The position numbers were made by a program, and so were the translations under genes. Positions 1 to 12,200 of a DNA stretch of 25,738 nt are shown here, one piece after another. This stretch comes from a virus (lineage: Duplodnaviria; Caudoviricetes), in the IMG/VR virus record IMGVR_UViG_3300023179_002571, positions 1 to 25,738 of that record. One strand, written 5' to 3'. Below the pieces are notes generated by a model. The model worked only from the letters and a program-made list of their open reading frames with translations. It was not told the origin of the DNA and ran no database searches. How positions within the stretch are numbered: the first letter of the stretch is position 1; the number at the start of each line of letters is the position of its first letter.

Positions 1-279
1 TAAAGATCCAGATGGCATCCATAATCTGTAACCAGTTTTCCACTCCATTGGGAACCCGTTAGTTTCAGCACGCCAACGCATCCACATACAAACAGTATTG
101 TACTCGCCTGGTGTTGTGTTAATACCGTTCATTGATGTAATAGATGTTGCGCGATCATTTACTGCATTATTAAGACCAAAACTGAAAATACCTTGTTGCT
201 GTATCGACCAAACAGGACTATTATCTAATAACTGGAAGTGGTTTTGATATGAGCTTAAATCGTACCAAGTGCGACCTGA
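1..279 (-). other. LamG/concanavalin A-like domain (N-terminal part) within the giant protein
   Basis: SGRTWYDLSSYQNHFQLLDNSPVWSIQQQGIFSFG...TVCMWMRW matches the WxDLS..n...L...P......G.f.F opening of phage LamG-like domains. Truncated by the window edge. Confidence 0.7.
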
Positions 280-3200
280 CAACATATTATTATTAGTAGT
301 AAATCTTACCACACGTTGCTCACCAGGCAACATTGTAAATGCGCTTGGTGTAACATTAGCTGTGCCTCCACCAGGTGCTTCCACAAGACTAATAGTAACT
401 GGATATGGTACAGGATTGCCGGAACCGGTTAAACTGAGTGTAAATGAATCTGAAGTGCTTAAATTCGATTCTGTGTAAGGTACCTCAATTGAACTGGAAC
501 TGGCACCTAATATACTCAAAGTAAGCGGACTTGGACCAGATGTTGTAGTCGTTGTTGTGCCTATTGCGGCATTAGATTGTGATAAGACACGAATACTTAA
601 GCTATCATATATAATACCGGGCAATAATTCTTCAGGCGCACGTGAGAAGATTCTGTCAACAAATTTACCACCTGCTACTCGAATATTACCAGCACTTATA
701 CCTGCGTTACTACCAAAAGTGTCACCTATTAAGATAGTATCTTGCCCGGTACTACTGCCCACAGTAAATGGGTTAAACGGGTCTATACCTGAAACTAGTC
801 TACCTAAGTCTTTGGGTATATTACCATTATCTGTACTAGGAGCATAATAAGCAATAATACGATCGTTAGCATTGTCAAATTCATCACTTGTAACTAAACG
901 TAAAAGACCTGGTGTGAATACCGAAGAATTATAAGCACTATCAACAACTTGATAGGCCCGATTATTATAACTTAGATAAGTACCAATTGGATAGTTTACA
1001 TTAGGTTGCCAATCTTGCACCTTACTTGTGTATTGTATTCTATCAAACTTGATAGTGGTCTTTATACGACGTACTTTATTGTTAGTTAATCTAGCCGATA
1101 ATACAGCAGACCCAACGTCTTTAGATGTGTCTAATGAACTTGTAACAATTTTCTGACTACGCCAGGCCTTACCATCAAAAATATAGACTCTTTCACCATA
1201 AGTGATGCTTTGCCCGGTCTGCGGTGATGTTGGTACTGTAAGTGGTGTAGAGAATACATAGTTTTTAGGATCAGCTCTTAACGCTGCCAGGTACCCGCGT
1301 TCAATCTTAAAGGTCACGCTTGCATAGGCATCGGGCGCATTATCAAATGAACCTGCATAGTGTTCAATACCACGACCAACACCTGATCCCGGGATACCAA
1401 CCAAAATATAACCACTTCTAAACTTAAATGTAGTTTCTGCGGCAGCGGGCTTACCGAAAACTTCTTCACTTGCACCACAACGTTGTAGAGCAAGATGTAG
1501 ATCATTTGTTAGACGATTTCTGTAAGCGTCATCATAGGTATGAACTACAACTACATAATCATCACTGGTATTGTTAAGGTCTCTTGCTAAATCTGCACTA
1601 GCTAACCCTATATATCCGGATCGATTTTGGCTATAAACATCGTAAACTTGACTAAAGACCACTCGCCCATCGCTGCGCCTAATGCGATGCATGTGGTAGC
1701 CACGTGAATTATTGCTATACTTAACATCTTGATATGGTCCGTAATCCAACAATTGTCTTATTGTTGGTTCAGCTCCATCTACAACTTCAAATCTAGGAAA
1801 CGCAAACTGACTGCGAGTGGTATTATCATTGCAATAATAATGGTAACATCTCTGCATGGCCTCTGTAGCATTAGCAGGAAACTTTCCGTCGTTAATATTT
1901 CCATTATTAGCTAAGACTTTTCCGCCAGTGCGAGTATATATACCGCTGTCAGGGTGAGCAGTTATGCCAGTATAGTTTGCAGGGAAAATATGCCCTACAT
2001 GTAAGTACCATACATCTTTATCATAATCACCGACACTTCGATAGCTCCAATAAGGGTTATATTCGCCTTGACCGTCACTTAATCTACGCACACTGCCATT
2101 AGGGTAATAGATATTTGTATAAGCAGGATAAGACCCGTTAGTAAACAGACCATGGTATAAAGTACCACCGGTACTATTGCTTGTTCGCCGCATCCAAACT
2201 ACACTGCGATATGTTTTTGTTGGGTCTATAGCAAAGAAACTTCCATTCCAACCACCATCAGCGGAACCATCACCACTGGGTCTATTTTCCCAAACTATAC
2301 TGTTTTGGTTCCACGGATCGATGGCGCGAACACGCTGGTTTTCAGTTGTTAGACCATTCTGTGGGAATGTTGGCGTACCACCAGAACCTAGAGTCCAATC
2401 TAATGTTGAGATGCGCGAACGCTCGTAGTTCCTAACAAGAGCCGAATCTCCCGGACGTCCAAATAAGCCGAAACTTAATTTATCCCTGGCACCAACTGTA
2501 AAATAACTGTAACCTTGTGTAACAACAGTAAATTCGTGTCGGTCATCGTCGCGAAACGGTACACTACCTGCGCCGATTACAGCTACCTGCGGCGTTAGAG
2601 TATAATTAGTTCCAGGTTGATCAACGTATACTTTACTAATTCCAAAATTTATGTTATCAAGTTTTATACTTACATTTGCGTCAATACCTGCATTGAAATC
2701 ATTACGTAAGACCTCAACCACAGGCACAATAGCTCGATTGTCCCCAGTTTGATAACCATAACCAGGTTTACTGATAACAACATCGTTTAGTTCTAACTTG
2801 TAGTTCTCTACCCAATCACGATATTGTGGCTTTTGTAGTTCAACTAAGTCAATTGATGGGAACTCACCGCTAGGGCTGCGATAAACAGCAAGTGATCTAT
2901 CATAGTATGCTGGCAGGTCAAAGTCAGTTATAGCACTAACAAAACTATCTTGTTTACCATATGAAGTTACAAACTCGCGAATCTTTGTCTTGTAGGGTTT
3001 AACTTCTTCAATATAAGATTCAACTTGTTTTTGTCTATCTTTTACTGTACCAGTCATTACGCTAAGATCATGTATTTTTTGGTTAACAGAAATAAAGCTA
3101 GTTTTGAAGAACCAATCAATATATTTCTGCTCTGCTAAGATATAATCTATCATAGCAAATAATAACTTGTTCCATTCTTCTTTTAACTCTTGTACAAAAA

Positions 3201-6200
3201 TATCTTCTTTAAGAGCTTGGAACACATAACGTAACTCGATGCTATTTGCGAAGTCGTATACGTGAACGTCAAAGTCTCCTGTATCAAAACCATCTGGTTC
3301 ATAAAATACAGGTTTGAACTGTATGGTTTTCTTTTCTAACCCAACTAACTTTAGATTTACTATACCATTCTGATTAGTATATTGGTATAACTCCCATGTG
3401 GTGGGAACTTCTTTGTTACCAATACGATTATTACCTAATGAAACATTCGTGCTTGTTACATTGTTAACACGTATGATATCGTTGTTGACTAAACTTAGTT
3501 GATAGATATCTTTAAATTCATTAACAATGTGATTAGGCTTCACGCTGGATGTGAATCCCAATGCATACCAATCTTGGTACGTCCATAAGTTAGCTACATT
3601 GAAACTTTGTTTTTTAATTAACTCTAGTGTAGTGTTAGCAGCACTGGAAACAAGTCCAACTGTACCAGTTCTGCGGTATATACTCCAGTAACCGCCTAAG
3701 GTAGAATCGGAACGAACAAATATTCTAATTGCTTGGGTTTTCTGTGAAGGCGTATAGATTTCTGAGTAGGTGTCTACAGCTACGTCATATTCTGTACTAT
3801 CTGGGTCAGATTGTTTAGCAAATAGGTTATCGGAAAAGATACGATCACGATCTATAACTCTGTTAGCAATAGGATATGCATTTAAAACATCATTGACATA
3901 TTTTATAATATTTTTTCTAGCGTTTTGTAGATTAACTATTAAGGTTTGTCTTGGTCTTAACCCTAAACCAATTCTGCTTTCTCGAGGTAGTTTTTGATCG
4001 GGTACTAGTTCACCGTTAATGTCTGTGCCTATAATACTGTCAATCAGTTTTGTTTCAATTAATTCTGGGAATTCGCTTCGAACATTACCTTGTTGAATCA
4101 GTTTGAAGTCGCTGTGTATTAACCCGTCGCGCTCATTTTTTCTAGTGGATAGATAGACAACGCTTCTATCACGTTGGTTATATATTCCTGTTCCAAATAA
4201 AGCAACTGCATCGTCGCGCAGAGCACACATGTAGGCAATGCCTTGCTTATCTGGATTAGCAATCATGTCAGCTAACACTACGGTGCTAGCTGCTTTCTTA
4301 CTTGCGGTTTTATTAGTAACGCCCTTAACCCAGTAGAAATAACGACTTACAAAAGCACCTGTATTAGGATCAATAAATACAGCATCGCTATAGTATTCAT
4401 CGTTAGGATACAACGGTTGACCTTCGCGTCCCTGGCTTACATGCACACTAGGTAATACATCACTAGCAACCCACTCATAGACATCAATTGAACTACCTGG
4501 GAATAATTCACCCCAATGATTTTTACGATATTCTAAGTCACCTTGTTCATAATCAACGTATCTTGCAGTGTCAGTGTTCCACCAATAGGTTCCAACTTGG
4601 TCGGCTGCCCAATAAATTTCAGTGCTAAAATTATAACTAGATGTTGTATCTGTGTTTCTATACTGTGCAGGATCACGATCCGTGATAATGTCGATTTCGG
4701 CACGAGCTTGACCTAGTATTTTTCCTTTGGCCGGATCATACAGATCTATTCTAGCTTGAATATTCTTTTCTTTTGAGTCATAAAGATACAGATTATTGAT
4801 ACTTTCGATGTCAACAATTGGTTCCCAATGTCTAACCTCGGTGAATGAATATATTGGTGTTCCAACACTAATAGTTGAATTAGCGAACGAGCTTACTTCG
4901 CCATCAATCACAGGTGTACTAGCAAGATCGGCTGTGGTGGCTGGTTCAATTGTATAGTATAAGTCTTCACTATTGTCAAAGCTAAAAACACAGAAATTAA
5001 TTTCTTCTCTTAGACCAACTGAGCTTACTAAACTATTAGCAACAATACAATTAACACCGACAATGCTATATGCATTACTAACAACTACATTACTGTAGAA
5101 AATATTTTCATAGGTTATGTCCAGAATCTCGGGCTCATAGACATACCATGTTCCGGGCAGACTCTGCCTATCTACATAAATTCTATCAGACCTATCAGTA
5201 TTAACTTGACGTTGTCTGTTTATACCAATCCATCCATGTTTAGGCTTGTGAGCAGTGAGGTCTTCGTAGGTAGCAAAACGCAAAATCTGCATGTCAAGCA
5301 GCTGCCCACTGGCATTAGTTACCTTAAAGTTAGAAGCTAGGCCCCTCTTAATTACAGTAAATTCGTAGTCTGAGACAGACACTACTTGATAAAAACCATT
5401 TATGCTGGTATCAAGATTGCGTACAGCAACAACGTCTAGAGCATTTACATAATGCAGATTATCACAAGTAAAAACTAATTTATTGTTTAGGTCTGCTCTT
5501 GCCGATGTTATAACTAAATTGTTAACATATACTCGATAAACTTGCCAATCACGATTATATGTCTTAGCTACCCAGATTCTTGTTGTAGTCTCTAGATCTG
5601 CTAGCCAACTAGAATCAATTCCACTGGTGTCTGATATGTCATAGATAAATTTGTCAACTTCATCTAGGCGAGCATAGCCGGCCGATCTCAAATCATCTTC
5701 ATAGTAACGCATTGAGCTAGCAATCTTACCATCAATCGCTTGTTGTATGATCGGTACTAGTCCCTGTTCAACTATTCGTTTATAACCTTCTTGTGTTGGA
5801 TGAATTCCATCAACAGAGAACAAGCTACGATAGCTATCAAATTTAGTTATATCTACAACAAAATCTCCGTACTCTAAAGCTATAGAACTCATAGCTCTTT
5901 GATAAGCACTAAGATCATTTGTACCCGGTGCTATAACAGCAGTATTTGTATTAGAATCATCAAGCACAGGCAATTGCCAAATTACTGTAATTGAATTTGG
6001 TAGTCTATTTCTAATCTCACGTAAATTATTGGTATATGTGCCTACGCTGATGCCTTGTCTTGCATCGTTTAATCCGTGATTAATGACAATAAGATCTGCT
6101 TCAATGCCATCAGGCCAAACACCATTCACCCCATCAGTGCCATTTAACAAATCACTTGTGGTTGAACCTTCTGCCGATCTAGTAGTGATAGCGACCTTGT

Positions 6201-9200
6201 AGTTACTTTCTAAGCTAGTGTAAAGCAAATAATCCGGTGGTAATTCTACACGACCTGTAGTTTTATCGTTTATACATACAGCAGAATTAATAGTATCCCC
6301 TAATCCAGTAATACCAGTAAGTGGCTGATCCGTATCGGAAATTTCTTCAATGGTCCAATATAAATTTTCTGTATCTAATACACTATTAATTTCTAAATAG
6401 ATATTGTCGCCCATTACTACAGAATCAGGTAAGAATGTTGAGCCATCTTCTGACTTAGATTCACCGGTGTCTGATGCAGTAACAGGTTCAAAGCTAACGT
6501 ACACACGTTCGTAGGGTATCTTACTAGTTACTTGTAATGATATTTCAGACTCGGGCAACAACGTATCTGTTGATGTATACACTGTACTAGGAGCACTGCG
6601 AGATAAAGGAACGTCTGTGCTTGTAGGACTTTCTAAGGTAATGTACAATTCCTCATTTGGGTACAAAGAACTAAATTGCACACCAAAACTTTCATTGTTG
6701 AAAAGATAAGTTTTTGGCTCTTGGTTGTAAACACCAGTTACCATAACGCTATAAGCGTTCTTAGTCTGCATGTCAACGCTGTAACCGTGTCTCTTAACAA
6801 TGCTAATAGCGTACTGCTCGGGCAATACCTCTTTACCACACATAACGCTATCGCCAAATAATTCGATTTTCCAAGAACGTTGTGTTTCTACTGCATTTCT
6901 GTTCTTGAAGATTTTGGGACGATAGTCATTGGGTGCGGTGAGCAAGTCAGCAGGTTTAAGACCAATGAACTCATTGCTTTCTATTTTGCCTTCACTGGTA
7001 ATGAACTGGTATAGAAGAGGATTATCGTCGGAGTTGGTGTTTTTTAAAGAAAATGTATATTCTGGGTTACTGTCAATGGCGCCATAACTTCCGATCCTGG
7101 CTCCCCATTCTTCGTATAACTCAATATCAGATTCAACATTATCAAACTGAGCACGAGCAAATGCTTGAATAGCATTTGGTGTGCCTTTAGACTTAATGTA
7201 ACCTTGATAAAACTTAATCTGGCTGATTTCACTAATACCTAAATTATCTAAGTACTCTCTTGGCTTAAACCCAATTAAGCTATTACTGTAGCTTGCTAAT
7301 GTTTCATTGGTAGGTAAAATATCTACATCATAAATTTCTGTGAATTTAGCTGCATTCAAACTAAAATTAGGAGCCAACCCTTGTCTAAACACACTGTCTA
7401 ACTGAGTCCAATAATTAAAGTTAAACGATTCAGCACCGGGGATGTCTTCTAGTGCGCTGTAATTAAATCCTTTATAACTTACAATTGCACCCTTTTTGTA
7501 ATCGTAGTTGGCCTGCCACTCGTCTATAGTACCAGAACTATAAACGAAACCAGGAGGTGTAAGATCACCATCCCATGAATCTGTTATCGATCCAACGATG
7601 CGAATACGTTGTTGACGATCCCCAATTTCTGGACTATATAAGGTATCATTAAAGATTGTACGATTTTCTAAAACAAGTACGTGTTCAAATTGAACTAAAT
7701 TAATTCTAGCTAAAGCAATAGTTTGTTCATTAATAGTTCTAATTGTAGTACGCTTTGAATCGCGAATAACAGTGAAGTCATTGTTTCTAATGACATTAAA
7801 ATTAGTGCCTATTACCTGTGATCCATACACTGAATTATCAATGTAATCAACAAAGTAATTCGGTGCATAAACAGTTAGAGTATCAAATATAGGACTTAAT
7901 ACAAGAATGTTACCAGTAGGCCAACCTTGTTTTGCCCATGTAACAAATTCTTGAACGCTTAATGTCCAGTTACGAACTTGTCCTAAATTGCTATCGTAGC
8001 TGTCAAATACTAAACCTTGTGCTACAAGATAACGTTGATAGCTTACTAGGAAGTCGACTACTTGTTGTACACTTGTAAATTCAAAACCATAAGGTATTCT
8101 AATTTTTTGTGGGAAATATCTTTCAAAAATAGTATAGGTAGAACCTAATACTTCAATCTTAGAACTAGGGCCTGTGCTTTGACTTGGAATAATTGTAAAG
8201 TAGGGTAAACGTTGATCGTATCCATTTACACTGTATCCATTAGCAGTTTTCTCAACAATAACTGCGCTGTAGGCAATACTTTGTTCAGGTAAGCTCTTAC
8301 GCAATAAAATGCTATAACTTTCATCAGGTAAAATTACACTTTCACTTGTGCTAGTTAAACTTATTTGATCAGATAATACCTTAATATAGTTTTTATCCGT
8401 AAAGCCGGCAAACTTGTAAGCTAGGTTTACAGTGGAATTATCGATCAATGCTCTAATCTTTGACACTGGATCGATACCTAACCCAACCAAGTAACCATGT
8501 ATCCAATTAATATAACTGCTAGTTCTTGATGTAACATTATCTACTGTTTCACCATTAATAGCTAACTCGCTAAATGACAGCCTGGTGTTGCGATTTCTTA
8601 GGAAGTATTGGCTTAGACCGCCAACTGTTCTGCGTTCATATCCATATGAATCAGCTAATAAACCAAAATATTTGGCAGGTTTCAATAAAGCAAATGCTCT
8701 TTGAACAGCGAACGGGTAATCACTTGACCTAGCCCATGCTGCTTCTACTGGGCCATAATCACCAGTGGTAAAGTTTCTAGATAGCTTGGAGCTATCGAAA
8801 CCACCAATAACACATCGCTGTGGAGACAACAAGCGACCATTTGTATCTACTGGAACATATTTTCTAAAGTTTGGTCTCGCTGCACTTATTCTAATTTGTG
8901 TTAGATATAACGTGCTTGTTGGCTCGTTAATACGTCCATTTTCAATCGCAGTAATAAGCAACTGTCTTTTTGTAGGATCAGTCCAAGAATAATGTGTATC
9001 CCACCACAATGGCTTGATAGTGTACCCCAACATTTCCCAAGGATGGCTATGAGGACGATCGGTGTCATAAAAATAACGATAAATTCCTCTCCAGTATCCT
9101 GGTACTCTTTGATTATCTAAATCTTGTGCTTGATTGTAATTCCAAGACCATTCGTCATTTGCAGAAAAATACTCATTGGTATTATAATTAATTTGGTATG

Positions 9201-12200
9201 CACCAACCCATTTTAAGAATTCGCTACCTAGAACACTAGTGAATTCTGATCTATTGTAATCTGTATTTCTAAACTTACCAGGAGTGTTAGCTGCAATGCT
9301 AAACAAAGAGTCAGTATAATTGACCTTTATATTATTATAAATTCTAGATTCTAGCTCTAGGACTATGTTGTCTCTTATGTCATTAAAAGCAGGTAACAAG
9401 CTACCATCATGACCTTGTAATAGATACAAGCCGTCACGGTCAGTTTCATCTAAGATTTTTTCTGGAACAAAGCGTGGATACAAACCCAACTTACTAGGCG
9501 TTTCAGGAACGTAACATCCGTCAGTATCAGTGTATTCTTTAATAACAACTATATCGCCTTCATTAACTTCAACAGAATTCTGAATTGTAATGGTCGGGCT
9601 AGTGTTAATGACATAATCACGATCACGAACTAATATTTTATCATTCAAATATACAACAATAGCCCGATTGCTGGGACGAAATTCAAACGTTTCATTGATG
9701 TTATAAATTCTTTGTGCTGAATTAGAAACACGCAATCTAGTTGTTAAAACTGAACGACCAAAAGGCACCATGTCTGAATAGAACCAGGGAAAACTACTGT
9801 TCTTAACTTCAGCAAAACTAGTAAGAATTTCATCTACAGCATCAGGAACTTGAGATTGAGTAATATCTAAATATCTAGCAGTAGCGTCTAAAAATTTATA
9901 TTTAAACCTAGAGTATTCTTTTTGTGCATATTCAACGGCATTTACATAATTGGCATGCTCATCTGTCAAAAATGCTAGCGCAGGTAATAGACTAGCACTG
10001 TGCTGTAGAATAAGGCCCGGTGTGTTTCCAACATTAATGTCACGTATGTTGCTAGTGCCAAAAACATCACCCTGGATGAAACGATTTCTTTCACCTATTT
10101 TACTTAGGTGATTTCTCATTTGACCAAAACTAATTAACTTGGGTACCCGATTATCCGGATTAACTTCTAAATTTTGTGGAACAGTATAATATGCCTGTGG
10201 CGAAACACCGCTGGCATGTATAAAAATATCAATACGATCATTGGCACTAAGCAAAGTATAATCAATACGCAATGCTGTTCTGTCGCCCACTCGTTCAACT
10301 GAATATTCGGTGCCAGTGTAGCGCAACAGATCGCCATTAACATACACACGTAAGTTTGAATCTACACTAGACGATGCTATTGGAACTTGCCCAATTTCAA
10401 AATAATTGGTTACAGCGTCGTAGATAGCGGAAATATGCTGGAACTGCCTGCTTTCGTCTGGTACCCTAACATAATTTGTTAAGAGCGCGAATTGATTAAT
10501 TGTAATATTTTGTCTAATGTACCCAACATTAATAAATTCACTAACTTTATCATCTAAAACATTTTCAGTTCGATACCTAAAAGTATCTACATCAAAATTA
10601 TTTTCAAATACGATATCGCCACTTAATCCAGAATCACCAGATACAGTTATAGTAAATCCAAGTGCTTTATCAACCTGCCCCGATCCCAGGCGATATCCAA
10701 AAATATTTGTTCCAGTGAACGAACTTTCGTTGTAGGATACAGAAATACTTTGACCGGTTTGTGTAACAATATCAAACTTTGGTGCTTGGTTAAGGGTCAG
10801 TTTAGTTTGCGCTCGAGTCCATGAAAGCGACTTGTTAAAGTAATAAGTAAGTCCTTTGTTGGTACCGGCATTTACAACAATAGTTTCCCAAGGTTCGCAA
10901 GTCTTTATTGCTGCAAGGCTAGCACGAGCGCGATTAAATTTATTTCCGCTCGCGCCACTAATATTAATAGTAATTGGTTCAGTTAACAATAACTCGTTTA
11001 TACCAAGTATTCTCTCCACTCTGCCTAGATATGCGTTATCTGACAAATATATATCATCACCAGGACTCAATTCAGTTACAAAATCAGTACCCACACCAGT
11101 TACTCTTGCACTTTGAGCAGTCATGCTAATAGATCCACTTAGCGTTCCGTCAAATAATGTAACACCTATTTGATCTAAGTAATTAACTTGATACACTCTT
11201 CTGCGTACATCACTATTGGCGTCCCCGGCAAATACTGCTAGTGAGCCTGGTTTTATATAAATGCCTAAGCCGCGTAAGTCTGAAAATCGAGCAGTTTGTA
11301 ATGTTGCTAAGGCATCGGTTAACTCTGTGCTTTGACCATTCAAACTATACCTAAAGTCGCTGTCAAAGAAATTTTCTACAAATTTAGCGAATTGGCGGCC
11401 CGAATTAAACAATTGCAGATTGGGCGCGAATTCGATAATCGGTCTTTCTGCTCTACGGTACCCGCTTAAATCGATAGGATATCCATTGCTAGACAAAGCA
11501 GCAATTACTACATCTTCGTGGAACCAACGATTAATTCTGGACCAGGCATTACGATCCATGCTGGCCCTGTTTATTACTAAGTAGTCTGGTTCAGCTGACC
11601 CCGATAATGCTTCATCGTAACTTCCGACATCAAATTGTTTTGTATCAAAACTAATTTCTGCGACACTTCCTTGCGCTTCGGGACTGGCTAATTCATCTAT
11701 GCTAACTAATTTAATTCCCGATCCAACACCCTCAACATAATAAATTTTATTTCTATATTCAACAGGTGTAGCAGTATCATCAAATGAAACTTTCATACCA
11801 TTTGAAAATTTTATACCCGTAGGAGATGTGTAATTAACAGATCCTAATATGGCAGATACGTTAACTTCGTAGCTATCGGCGTTTTCAACGATTTCTATTT
11901 CACCATAGAAATCGCGACCACTATGCTGATAAAATAAACGATCGACTTCAGCAGTTACTCCGTTGTATTCTTGGAATTGTCCCGAAGTTACTGTGTACTG
12001 CTTTCCGGCTGCTGAGCCTTGTCCTACTACAACTCTAGTCTGGGCAGGAACATCTCTTACATAGGTCAAATGCACACGAACAGGCTGACCCGAATACTTA
12101 ACAGCATTCATTCTCCAAATGCCTGTCCTAGCTGCGCCTGTGACAACTTGTCCGTTTCTGTCAGTCCAATCGGCTGAATTTGTAGAAGTGTTTAATAAAA

